Shown piece after piece: positions 36,355 through 46,171 of a stretch of 64,000 bases of DNA (its first letter is position 1; every line of letters begins with the position of its first letter). Source of the stretch: Arsenophonus sp. ET-KM2-MAG3 (GTDB taxonomy: Bacteria > Pseudomonadota > Gammaproteobacteria > Enterobacterales > Enterobacteriaceae); assembly GCA_052174135.1 (NCBI GenBank), contig JBQMRZ010000004.1, positions 203,410-267,409 on the forward strand, given 5' to 3'. The translations under genes were made by a program, and so were the position numbers. The notes beneath the pieces are model-generated. The model did no database searches and was not told the DNA's origin. It saw only the letters and a list, made by a program, of their open reading frames with translations.

Positions 36355-37533
36355 ATGCATTTTAGTAGAACGTTCTTAATTTCTTTTTTAATTTTGACGT
36401 TATTAATAGGATGTTCAACAGAAAAAGATTTTATAATGACACCACTTTTACCTAAAATAAATAATCAATTTACACCTTCTATTATCTGGCATCACTCAAT
36501 AGGAAATGGTAGTGGAAAATATTATTCTCAACTTTCACCAATCTATAATGATTCTATTGTTTATGCAGCAGATCGTAAAGGAATAGTAAAATCAATGGAT
36601 GCTACTTCAGGCAAAATATTATGGTCAATTAATTTATCAGAACAGATTGGTTTTTTGAAAGTTAATTTATCAACGGTGCTTTCTAGCGGATTAACGATTT
36701 CAGGAGATAAACTTTATATAGGAACAGAAATTGGTAAAGTTATTGCATTAAGTAAGATCAACGGGAAAATTATATGGGAAAAAGATGTTGCAGGAGAAGT
36801 GCTTTCCCAACCGGTAGTTAGTGATGGCATTTTATTGGTACATACAAGTAATGGTGTATTACAAGCGCTAGATTCACAAACCGGACAGAATAAATGGAAT
36901 ATTAATTTAGATATTTCAACGTTATCGATAAGAGGAAAATCAACGCCAGCTATCGCATATGGGATTGTAATTATTGGTAGTGATACCGGCCGTATTACTG
37001 CTATAATGCTTGATCAAGGACAGATTATTTGGCAACAATATATTTCTAAAATTTATGGTATAACTGAAATCGACCGTTTACATGATATTGATATAACGCC
37101 GGTTATTGATATCAATTCAGGTACTATTTTTGTTATTGCATATAATGGTGATTTAGTTGCAATTGATATACATTCCAGCAAAATTATATGGAAATGTAGC
37201 ATAGGATCAGTTAATAATATTATTATTTCTAATAATATTATTTATTTAGTTGATCAAAATAATTACATGCTGGCAATTTATAAAAACAATGGTGTTATCT
37301 TATGGACTCAAAATGCTTTATCAGATCGTAATTTAACCGCACCGATTATTTACGATGGTTACTTAGTGGTTGGTGATCAAAATGGTTATCTTTATTGGTT
37401 AAATATACACAATGGTCGATTTGTAGCATATAATAAACTTGATAATTCAGGATTACATAGTCGCCCAGTTATTGCTGGAGACAAATTGCTTATTCAGTCA
37501 AAAAATGGAACCATATACTTAATTAAACGTTAA
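36355..37533 (+). CDS. bamB: outer-membrane protein assembly factor BamB (lipoprotein)
   Basis: It has a lipobox LLIGC|S and is collinear with E. coli BamB (VYAADRKG, VAGEVLSQPVVSDG, GQIIWQQ, EIDRLHDID, DGRFVA). Confidence 0.92.
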   Translation: MHFSRTFLISFLILTLLIGCSTEKDFIMTPLLPKINNQFTPSIIWHHSIGNGSGKYYSQLSPIYNDSIVYAADRKGIVKSMDATSGKILWSINLSEQIGFLKVNLSTVLSSGLTISGDKLYIGTEIGKVIALSKINGKIIWEKDVAGEVLSQPVVSDGILLVHTSNGVLQALDSQTGQNKWNINLDISTLSIRGKSTPAIAYGIVIIGSDTGRITAIMLDQGQIIWQQYISKIYGITEIDRLHDIDITPVIDINSGTIFVIAYNGDLVAIDIHSSKIIWKCSIGSVNNIIISNNIIYLVDQNNYMLAIYKNNGVILWTQNALSDRNLTAPIIYDGYLVVGDQNGYLYWLNIHNGRFVAYNKLDNSGLHSRPVIAGDKLLIQSKNGTIYLIKR

Positions 37534-37662
37534 TTTTTTTGATATTTTTATTTTTCATTTAGAATTAATTAGCTGTAATTTTCTGAGATCATTTTATTTT
37601 TTTTGTGTTCTTAAGATTGAAATCAGAATATCGATTCTAATTTTTATGAGGCACCTTAAAAT

Positions 37663-39144
37663 ATGATACCTATTATCGCACTAATAGGTCGCCAAAATGT
37701 AGGAAAATCTACATTGTTTAACCGATTAACTCGAAGTAGGGATGCATTAGTTGCTGATTTTCCTGGTTTAACGCGTGATAGAAAATATGGTAAAGCAAAG
37801 TTTGAAGAACAAGAATTTATTATTATTGATACAGGTGGTATTAATGATTCAGAAGATGGGATAAAAATCAATATAACTTCTCAATCTTTATGTGCCATTA
37901 AAGAAGCAGATATTATTTTTTTTATTGTTGATGTTAAGTTTGGATTGATGCCAGCAGATTATGTGATTGTTAAGTATTTACGAAATTGCATGAAGGATAT
38001 TTACTTACTAGCAAATAAAATTGATGATTTAGATATTAATATAGCATTAAGCGATTTTTATAAACTTGGTATCAAAGATATTTATCCTATTACAGCATCT
38101 CATGGTCAAGGTGTTGATACGCTAATTGAGAAAATAATATCTTTTTATTCTATTAAAAAATCTACAAATAATATAGAATTATTAAAAAAAGAGACTAATG
38201 TAAATTATTGGTCTAGTAAAAAAAAGAAAATAATGCTTAAAAATTCTGAAAAGGAACCTTTTGATTCGCGTTCATTACCAATTAAGCTAGCTATTATTGG
38301 ACAGCCAAATGTCGGTAAATCGACATTAAGCAATTACATATTAAGAGAAGAACGGTTAGTTGTTTATGATATACCAGGTACAACTCGTGATAGTATTTAT
38401 ATTCCTATGGAGCGGGATGGATATAAATATGTATTAATTGATACTGCTGGTGTTCGTAAAAAAAGAAAAATAACTGAAATTGTTGAAAAATTTTCAGTAA
38501 TAAAAACACTGAAATCAATTGAAGACGCTAATATTGTTTTACTTCTTATTGATGCTAAACAAGGAATTTCTGATCAAGATTTATCATTATTAAGATTTAT
38601 TTTAAATGCTGGACGTTCCTTGGTAATTATAATTAATAAGTGGGATAATATATCAGAAGAAAACCGTCAATCAATAAAAAATACATTAGAATTACGATTA
38701 GGTTTTATTGATTTTATAAAAATTCACTTTATTTCAGCATTATATGGTGTTGGTGTTAATAGCTTATTTAAGTCTATTCATGAAGCTTATGAGTCAGCAA
38801 CGCGACTAATTGGTACATCATTGTTAATGCGTATTATGAAAAAAGCAGAAGAAGAAAATCTACCTCCATTGATACGAGGTCGTAGAATAAAAATGAAATA
38901 TGCTCATGTCGGTGGTTATAATCCACCTATTATAGTTATTCATGGTAATCAAGTTACTGATTTACCTAATTCTTATAAACGTTATTTAATAAACTATTTT
39001 CGATATAAATTAAAGATTATAGGGACACCAATTCGTATTCAATTTAAAGAAAGCGATAATCCTTATACCAATAAAAAAAATAAATTAACACTACCACATT
39101 TACGTAAACGTAAATGTTTAATAAAAAGTATAAAAAAACGTTAA
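37663..39144 (+). CDS. der: ribosome-associated GTPase Der (EngA), tandem GTPase domains
   Basis: It has two P-loops ([18 protein letters not shown]), DTAG, NKxD motifs, a KH-like C-terminus and a basic tail, and is collinear with E. coli Der. Confidence 0.95.
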   Translation: MIPIIALIGRQNVGKSTLFNRLTRSRDALVADFPGLTRDRKYGKAKFEEQEFIIIDTGGINDSEDGIKINITSQSLCAIKEADIIFFIVDVKFGLMPADYVIVKYLRNCMKDIYLLANKIDDLDINIALSDFYKLGIKDIYPITASHGQGVDTLIEKIISFYSIKKSTNNIELLKKETNVNYWSSKKKKIMLKNSEKEPFDSRSLPIKLAIIGQPNVGKSTLSNYILREERLVVYDIPGTTRDSIYIPMERDGYKYVLIDTAGVRKKRKITEIVEKFSVIKTLKSIEDANIVLLLIDAKQGISDQDLSLLRFILNAGRSLVIIINKWDNISEENRQSIKNTLELRLGFIDFIKIHFISALYGVGVNSLFKSIHEAYESATRLIGTSLLMRIMKKAEEENLPPLIRGRRIKMKYAHVGGYNPPIIVIHGNQVTDLPNSYKRYLINYFRYKLKIIGTPIRIQFKESDNPYTNKKNKLTLPHLRKRKCLIKSIKKR

Positions 39145-39180
39145 TAAAGACTATATGTTTAAAAATAAATATTTTGATAT

Positions 39181-40089
39181 TTAAATCCAGTCTTTTTCAA
39201 TTAAAAATTGACTATAAAGTCTTTCTTCATCTGAATTAGATTCAGGATGATAGCTATATTCCCAGCGTACTAGTGGTGGTAGAGACATTAAAATTGATTC
39301 TATTCTACCATCAGTCTCTAGACCAAATAAAGTTCCTCGATCGTATATTAAATTAAATTCTGCATAACGTCCTCGGCGATATAATTGAAATTCTCGTTCA
39401 CGTTTGCCCCAAGTTGTCCCTTTTCTTTTTTCAACGATTGGTAAATATGCATTAAGAAAACCATTACCTACGTCTTTTGTAAATTGAAAGCAATTAGCAA
39501 AATCTGGTTGGTTTAAATTATCAAAAAAAAGACCGCCGATTCCACGAGGCTCATTTCGATGTTTGATGTAAAAATAACGATCGCACCATTTTTTATAATT
39601 TGGATAAATTTCTTTTCCATAAGGTAAACATAAAGATCGCGCAGTTTCATGCCAGTGAATGATATCCGTTTCAAATGCATAATATGGAGTCAAATCAAAT
39701 CCACCGCCAAACCACCATATTGTCGGACTATCTCTTTTTTCTGCAATGAAAAAACGAACATTTACATGAGCTGTTGGAATATAAGGATTAAGTGGATGAG
39801 TAACCAAAGAAACACCCATTGCTTGATAACGATATTCTATTAATAATGGACGATTTTCTGTAGCAGTAGCGGGTAATTTATCACCACTTACATGTGAAAA
39901 ATTAACACCAGTTTGCTCAAAAATTTTTCCATGTTTTAATACACGACTACGACCTCCTCCTTTTTGTTTATGTTGCCAGTTATGTTCTATAAATTTTTCT
40001 TTATTATCAATATATTCAAGTTGTTGAGAGAGTTTATCTTGCAAGCTGAGAAAAAATGTTTTTACTGTATTAATGTTAGGTATATTCAT
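39181..40089 (-). CDS. hemF: oxygen-dependent coproporphyrinogen-III oxidase
   Basis: The 302-aa ORF is collinear with E. coli HemF ([54 protein letters not shown]). Confidence 0.95.
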   Translation of the reverse strand: MNIPNINTVKTFFLSLQDKLSQQLEYIDNKEKFIEHNWQHKQKGGGRSRVLKHGKIFEQTGVNFSHVSGDKLPATATENRPLLIEYRYQAMGVSLVTHPLNPYIPTAHVNVRFFIAEKRDSPTIWWFGGGFDLTPYYAFETDIIHWHETARSLCLPYGKEIYPNYKKWCDRYFYIKHRNEPRGIGGLFFDNLNQPDFANCFQFTKDVGNGFLNAYLPIVEKRKGTTWGKREREFQLYRRGRYAEFNLIYDRGTLFGLETDGRIESILMSLPPLVRWEYSYHPESNSDEERLYSQFLIEKDWI

Positions 40090-40092
40090 GAT

Positions 40093-41006
40093 ATTAATTT
40101 TAATTATTACTAGATTAACATTTAATTATACACTTAATATTATTTGAGTTCATTTTATTATTGAGTAAGTTTATTAACATGAGAATAATAATATCAAAAT
40201 ATTAAATATCATAATTTACTGATATTGATAATAATAAAATACATACTTTAATTAAGTAAATTTATTATTTTTATAAAATTTTTTATAATTATAAACATAT
40301 AGTTGATGATCTAATTATTAGTTAGTAAAATTAACTATAATCAATCAATTTAGATTAATTATAAATATTTATATCTATTTTTACATTCATATTAATTTAA
40401 TATAGTTCTGATATTATTTAATGATATTATTATTTTTTTTTGATAAATTTTAATTATTTGAAAAAAAAATGGAAAATAATGTTAAAAAATAAAATTTTTA
40501 ATTTAATTTGAAAACAAATAGTTTAATTATAGACATAATAAATTATTTAATTTTTTAATCATTTATTCAACATAAGTAAAATTTTAAGACTACTATTAAC
40601 ATGTTATTTATTTTATTTTATTTTATTATCATTATTCTTATTTAAATAAAAAAATGAGAATTATTTGATTTATCTATAGAATATAAAAAAAAATAAAAAA
40701 TATTTCAATAAAGTTATTTGATTTTAAATAAACATTTATATTATTAAAGATTTATAAATTAATAAAAAATAAATAGATATTTTCTGATAGTAATATTAAA
40801 TTTGAGATATTACGGATTTGATTTTTTAGTAACTAAAATACGAAATAAAATTATCTGTATAATAATTAGAAAATATGATAATTATCAAAGCTATATTTAT
40901 TATTTACTTATTTAATTTTATAAAATTTAATTTTATGATAAAAATATAAATATACTAATGAGTTACTAAAAAATCAATTTGATAAAAAAAGTTTTTAATA
41001 AACCAT
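40093..41006 (-). pseudogene. amiA: Eroded fossil of N-acetylmuramoyl-L-alanine amidase AmiA, the upstream operon partner of hemF
   Basis: Two minus-strand anchors share a frame. 40818-40807 aat ccg taa tat reads NP*Y against DPGH (res 62-65). 40602-40579 atg tta ata gta gtc tta aaa ttt reads MLIVVLKF against MSIHADGF (res 130-137). ATG 41006 (MVY*KLF against MSTFKPL) lies 5 nt from the predicted start. The frame is stop-riddled. Confidence 0.4.
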
Positions 41007-41272
41007 ATGCGCTTTAAGTATATAAAAAGAATGATGTCGTTATTTATGTACGTAAAAGGTTCATGAAGAGTTCTAGTAAAAAAATATTAATTTATATTAA
41101 ATAATTAGTTGATAATTTAGATTTTTATACACTGATTAATTTAATTAATTGAATGAATTAATACTTTTTATATAAAATTTTATTAATTTATTTTTTATTT
41201 CAGTTTTATTTAAAATTATAAAATATTTAAAAATTTTTTAATAAAATTTTATAGTTAATAAAAAATATATCA

Positions 41273-41338
41273 AGCATTAATAACCTAACATCCGATCAAA
41301 AAATAAATTTTTTGATCGGATGTTAGGTTATTAATGCT
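41273..41338. repeat. Perfect 66-nt inverted repeat with 32-bp arms and a 2-nt spacer
   Basis: The sequence is agcattaataacctaacatccgatcaaaaaat aa attttttgatcggatgttaggttattaatgct. All 32 pairs were checked base by base, and the arms contain 9 G:C pairs. It is by far the longest perfect hairpin in the window. Confidence 0.95.
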
Positions 41339-42082
41339 ATTTTATTTTAAAATATAAAGTTTATATAAAAATTAATATACTTTTTTAAAGTACATAAATA
41401 ACCGACACAAATATTAAATAATATAAGGGATAAAAAGGCAAATCATTTTTGAAAATTTACAAAATATATACTAAGAAAATATTTATTACTTTTATTTAAA
41501 ATTAATAAATAATTTTATTATAAATTATATTTTTCTTTGATTTAAATATATTATTTATTATTTTGATGATAATTAAAATTATTATTAATATTTAGTCCTA
41601 TAAGTCATTAATGTTAATTAATCAAGAAAGTGAATAATATTATCTAACAATTTAGAAAAATATTTAACTTATTAAAAAAATCTTATTTTATAATATAAAA
41701 ATAAATTATTGATTTTTAATCAAAGTAATATTTTATAAATTTATTAAAAAATAATAATTTATATTAATTATTTTAAAGTTATTATTTTTTATTTTTAAAT
41801 AAAATACATAGGTAAATAGAAACAATTTAATTTCAATTAATTTATTAATCATATTACATACTATTAGCTAACATAAAAAGTTAATCAAAATAGGAATTAT
41901 AAAAATATAGATAAAACTAAAAAATAATCAATAATCTCTATGAACAATCAGTGACAATAAAGAGCTGTTATTTTATTATTTAAATAAAAATAAAATTGAT
42001 TACACTATAAATTTATCTTATTAAAATCAATTAATATTAATGTAAAAATTACATTAATAATTATGATATTTTAAATAAATAT

Positions 42083-42125
42083 TTGCTAAAATTATTAATA
42101 CTTTTAGTATTAATAATTTTAGCAA
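42083..42125. repeat. Perfect hairpin with a 20-bp stem and a 3-nt loop
   Basis: The sequence is ttgctaaaattattaatact ttt agtattaataattttagcaa, checked base by base. It lies 0.75 kb from the 32-bp hairpin, in the same desert. Confidence 0.9.
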
Positions 42126-42405
42126 TAATAGTAAACTACTAAATAGAATTCTCTCAATTAATGATAAAATAAACAAAACAATAAATAAGAAAGCATATGT
42201 AATCTTGCACTATGAATAAAATCTTTATATGGAAGTAAGTAAAATTAATTAATTTAATAATTATTAATTTATGTTATAAAAACATAAATTTTGGCACATC
42301 CATCAGATAATTAGTATAACTAATTATTTTTTATTAAAAGTGACTATAATTATAAGAAAATTGGTGATTTTAGTTAATACTTACAATTAATATATAAAAA
42401 TTTTA

Positions 42406-42910
42406 TATTTATAATCTATATGATAATAATCTCATTTATAATGTAAAAATTAATCAGTTTAGCTAATTTTTATTTTATTTATCATAAATGATTATAGATA
42501 TTAATATTAATTTTTTATTTTTCTTATAATAAGAATAAATAATATTTTAAATATTAAATCATTTTTTATAATTTTTTTTACCTTCTTTTCTTAAATACTA
42601 GAATTCTCCATTATTTAATTTAACAATATTAGTATCAAAATAAATAAATAATTTAATAACACTATATAGTTTAATAGAAAATTTTTAGTTTATTTTTAAA
42701 ATTTTATTAATAATATTCAACCTGAAAATAATTTCATTACTAGTAAGATTAATAAAAACATAATCATTAATAATTTTTAGTAAAATAACAGCTAAAACAT
42801 ATTTTATGTTAATAAATTTATCCAAAATCTTTGTAATAATATTAATATTGGATATCATCTTAATATACTTAAAGTTAATAATTCCGATTTATTAAGTAAG
42901 GGGGGTTCAT
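42406..42910 (-). pseudogene. crr: Eroded fossil of PTS glucose-specific EIIA component (Crr)
   Basis: It lies immediately downstream of ptsI on the same strand, with an ATG at 42910. From gga at 42885-42883 (G19) one frame runs to the end with these collinear matches. GIIN..NI..F matches G19, I21, N33, I34 and F42. 42729-42715 reads IFRLN against IFETN (both catalytic His residues lost). 42639-42601 reads FDTNIVKLNNGEF against FGIDTVELKGEGF. 42585-42580 reads EG against E110 G111. 42468-42415 reads KLAKLINFYIINEIIII* against ELIKLSGSVTVGETPVIR. There are several in-frame stops. Total length is about 505 nt, against a 510-nt intact gene. Confidence 0.6.
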
Positions 42911-42971
42911 TGATTTTCTCTAAACTATTTTTCTTATTTAGTTAAAAATTTATTGATAGTTTTAACATTTT

Positions 42972-44681
42972 TTAAAGTAAACGTTTAAGTGAATTCATTA
43001 ATTCTTTTGTTGTTGGTTGATTAAGAGCTTGTTCTGCTATTTTTTTTGCATCATTAAAATTTGAATTTCGAATAATTTTTTTAATAGTTGGGATTAAAAT
43101 AGCACTCATACTAAATTCATCTAATCCCATACCAAGTAATAATAGAGTAGCACGTTCATCACAAGCAAGTTCACCACACATACCCGTCCATTTGCCTTCA
43201 GCATGTGAAGCATCAATAACTTGTTTAATGAGTTTTAATACTGAAGGAGACATTGGATTATAAAGATGAGAAATTAAATTATTTCTGCGATCAACAGCTA
43301 AAGTATATTGTGTTAAATCATTAGTTCCAATACTAAAAAAATCGACTTCTTTAGCTAAATAATGAGCAATAACAGCAGCTGCTGGTGTTTCAATCATTAC
43401 TCCAACCTCAATCGATTGATCAAAAAAATATTTTTCTTTAATTAACTGTTTTTTTAATATTGTTAACTCTTCTTTCAAAGAATGAATTTCTTCTACAGAA
43501 ATAACCATTGGAAACATAATACGTAAATTACCAAAAACAGAGGCTCTTAAAATAGCTCGTAATTGAGCATGAAGAATTTCTTTACGATCAAGAGAAATAC
43601 GAATTGCTCGCCAGCCAAGAAAAGGATTTTCTTCTTTCGGTAAATTCATATAAGGAAGATTTTTATCGCCACCAATATCTATAGTACGAATAATAACAGT
43701 TTGCGGGTTCATGGATTCAGCAACTATTTTATAAGTCTGAAATTGTTCTTCTTCGCTAGGAAATTCGTTTCGATCCATAAATAAAAATTCAGTACGATAT
43801 AATCCTATCCCTTTAGCACCATTACGTTTAGCAACTTCTATATCACGTACAGTCCCAATATTTGCACAAACTTCAACTTGATGACCATCTAAAGTGATAG
43901 CTTGTAAATCTTTTAATTTTATAAGTGTTTTTTTTTCACGCAAATATTTTTCTTTAATTTGTTTAAATTTATTAATTTGATTTTCAGAAGGATTCTGATA
44001 AATATTATTATTAATTGCATCTAAAATAATATAATCATTTTCTTGAATATTTTTAGTTGCATTATTTACACCAACAATAGCTGGAATTTCTAATGATCTA
44101 GCCATAATTGAAGTATGAGAAGTACGCCCACCTAAATCTGTAATAAAACCAAGAACTTTTTTTAAGTTTAATTGTGCTGTTTCAGATGGAGTAAGATCTG
44201 CTGCAACTAAAATGATTTCTTCTGTAATTGAATTAAAATCAATAATAGGTAACCCTAAAATATTTTTTAGTAAACGTTTACCAATATCTTTGATATCAGC
44301 AGAACGCTCTTTAAGGTATTCGTTATTTAATTCTTCTAATATTCTTGTATGGCTTTTAATCACTTTTTCTGCTGCTGCATCAGCAGTTTTATACTCTTTT
44401 TTTATAAAATAAAGAATTTCATTTTCAAGTTCTTCATCTTCAAGAAGCATTATATGTCCTTCAAATATTTTTGCTTTTTCTTCACCAATATTTTTTTTTG
44501 TAATTTTTTTTATCTTTTTTAATTGCTCTATTGTTTTTTTTTGTCCAACAATAAAACGGTTAATTTCGTTCTTAATTTGATCATCAGAAATTTTCTTTTG
44601 ATTAATGATAATTGGTATTTCTTTTAAAATTAATACCTTCCCAAAAGTAATACCTGGCGATACTGAAATTCCTGAAATCAT
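42972..44681 (-). CDS. ptsI: PTS enzyme I (phosphoenolpyruvate-protein phosphotransferase)
   Basis: The ORF is collinear with E. coli PtsI from MISGI.. ([21 protein letters not shown] with the active-site His, [32 protein letters not shown]). The start is set at the internal Met (44681), preceded by AAGGAAAC. The ORF-track start at 44708 adds 9 non-homologous residues. Confidence 0.95.
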   Translation of the reverse strand: MISGISVSPGITFGKVLILKEIPIIINQKKISDDQIKNEINRFIVGQKKTIEQLKKIKKITKKNIGEEKAKIFEGHIMLLEDEELENEILYFIKKEYKTADAAAEKVIKSHTRILEELNNEYLKERSADIKDIGKRLLKNILGLPIIDFNSITEEIILVAADLTPSETAQLNLKKVLGFITDLGGRTSHTSIMARSLEIPAIVGVNNATKNIQENDYIILDAINNNIYQNPSENQINKFKQIKEKYLREKKTLIKLKDLQAITLDGHQVEVCANIGTVRDIEVAKRNGAKGIGLYRTEFLFMDRNEFPSEEEQFQTYKIVAESMNPQTVIIRTIDIGGDKNLPYMNLPKEENPFLGWRAIRISLDRKEILHAQLRAILRASVFGNLRIMFPMVISVEEIHSLKEELTILKKQLIKEKYFFDQSIEVGVMIETPAAAVIAHYLAKEVDFFSIGTNDLTQYTLAVDRRNNLISHLYNPMSPSVLKLIKQVIDASHAEGKWTGMCGELACDERATLLLLGMGLDEFSMSAILIPTIKKIIRNSNFNDAKKIAEQALNQPTTKELMNSLKRLL

Positions 44682-44822
44682 AAATGTTTCCTTACTGCTA
44701 AAATACAAAAAATAGTTAATATAGAAAACTATGAATTTAATACTTATGATTTAATAGATATCTATAAATAGAGAGGTATCTAAAAATAAATAGAATATAA
44801 ATATTATATTTCTTATATGTTA

Positions 44823-45080
44823 TTATTCTAATTTAACTATTAACTTTACTAAATGTTCTACTGCTTTCTGTTCATCTTCACCTTCTGCAGAGATAATAAT
44901 AACAGCTCCTTTAGTTAAGCCGAGTGTTTGTAATTTAAATAGACTTTTTGCGCTCACAGATTCATTGTTATATATAAGCATAATTTCAGAAGAAAAACTT
45001 TTTGCTTCTTTGACAAATTGAGCTGCTGGTCGCGTATGAAAGCCATTAGGTGTAGCAATAGTGACTTCTTTTTGGAACAT
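44823..45080 (-). CDS. ptsH: phosphocarrier protein HPr
   Basis: The 85-aa ORF reads [42 protein letters not shown] and includes the His15 and Ser46 regions. Confidence 0.97.
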   Translation of the reverse strand: MFQKEVTIATPNGFHTRPAAQFVKEAKSFSSEIMLIYNNESVSAKSLFKLQTLGLTKGAVIIISAEGEDEQKAVEHLVKLIVKLE

Positions 45081-45202
45081 ATTATTTTCCTCAATAAACT
45101 AAATATTTTTATTAGTAAATCCAAAATATTTTAGCTTAAATAATTTAAATTTGCGTATTACTTTTTAGTAAAAACAAAAGAAAAACACTTTGATTTCATT
45201 AT

Positions 45203-46171
45203 CAATCATAAACCTTATATATATCAATACTAAAATTGGACATGATAATTTTCTTAATTTATATTTTATATATAAATTTTCATTGTTTTTTATTCTTCTT
45301 ATTAATTTAAATTTTCTAAATAATTAATCGCTTAGATAATAAACTTATTTTTAAAAAAATATATTAATCTTAACATACACTAAACTTTGATTTAATCAGA
45401 TTAAAATACTTATTAATTTACGTTACTAGCAAAAAAAATAAAGTTATATTTAATAATGATTTTATTAGGAAAATGTAAAAATAACTAAAATATTATTTTG
45501 TTATATTAATATTACTGTTAATTTTATCTCTATATTAATTATAATGTCTAACTATATACAAGAGAAAATATTTTCTTCATACATTTTGTTTTTTTAAAAA
45601 AATTATATAATAAATTAACTAGTTATTTTTATTTTATTAATTTAACAAAATTATACTCTTTATTTTCACTGGAAATATTTTGTCTTGTTTGAACATTCCG
45701 ATCAACTTTGTAATATTTTAAGTGGTAATTAAAGAAAAAATACAGTAATATACTCTGATTACTAGTATAAAAAATAAAGTAATTTAATCCTATTATTACT
45801 GTGAAACAGTTATGAATAAAATCCTTGTGTAACGATACTTTATTTTATTTTAGTTAATCATTAAATTTTCTTAACTATATTTAATAGTCAGTACTATTTA
45901 TTTTTACTAACGTAAAATAATGATATGAAAGAGATAGTTAACTTAAAAAGAATTTTTAATAAGATTTATTAAATTATAAAATAAGCCTATTTATCTTATA
46001 GTTTTAATATTACAGCAATTAAATTTTTAACGATATTATCGAATATTTATTTAGACTCTAAAGTAATAATTTGCCATTTAAATCTAATAATTTTAATTAT
46101 TTTAATAAAGTTAGGGGATAATAGGGGGGGTCTTATTTTTTTTTTGCTTACTTTTAAGAAAATTTGATCAT
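45203..46171 (-). pseudogene. cysK: Eroded fossil of cysteine synthase A
   Basis: cysK is the upstream neighbour of ptsH in E. coli. An ATG at 46171 (minus strand) opens a frame that stays in register with CysK, with no net indel, for at least 286 codons. At identical codon numbers M1, K3, P16, L20, L29, K42 (the PLP lysine), I45, I50, L65, S70, L88, I98, R101, K102, V176, V185, A281 (gcg) and E286 are the same. More than 20 in-frame stops fall within the first 106 codons. Confidence 0.55.

Noticed and set aside
44682-44708. N-terminal extensions in the ORF track: ptsI 44682-44708, ihfB 56009-56125, msbA 58584-58652 and guaB 6791-6796.
   Set aside because: Homologue N-termini begin at the internal Met codons. 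In ptsI and ihfB those codons have better Shine-Dalgarno sequences, and the ihfB extension overlaps the rpsA coding end. The extended parts have no homology.
46101-46145. The G-rich tract plus T10 run (ttaggggataatagggggggtcttatttttttttt) as a possible G-quadruplex or intrinsic terminator.
   Set aside because: It has only two G tracts, too few for a quadruplex, and no complementary C tract to form a terminator stem. It is better explained as codons 14-20 of the cysK fossil on the opposite strand.
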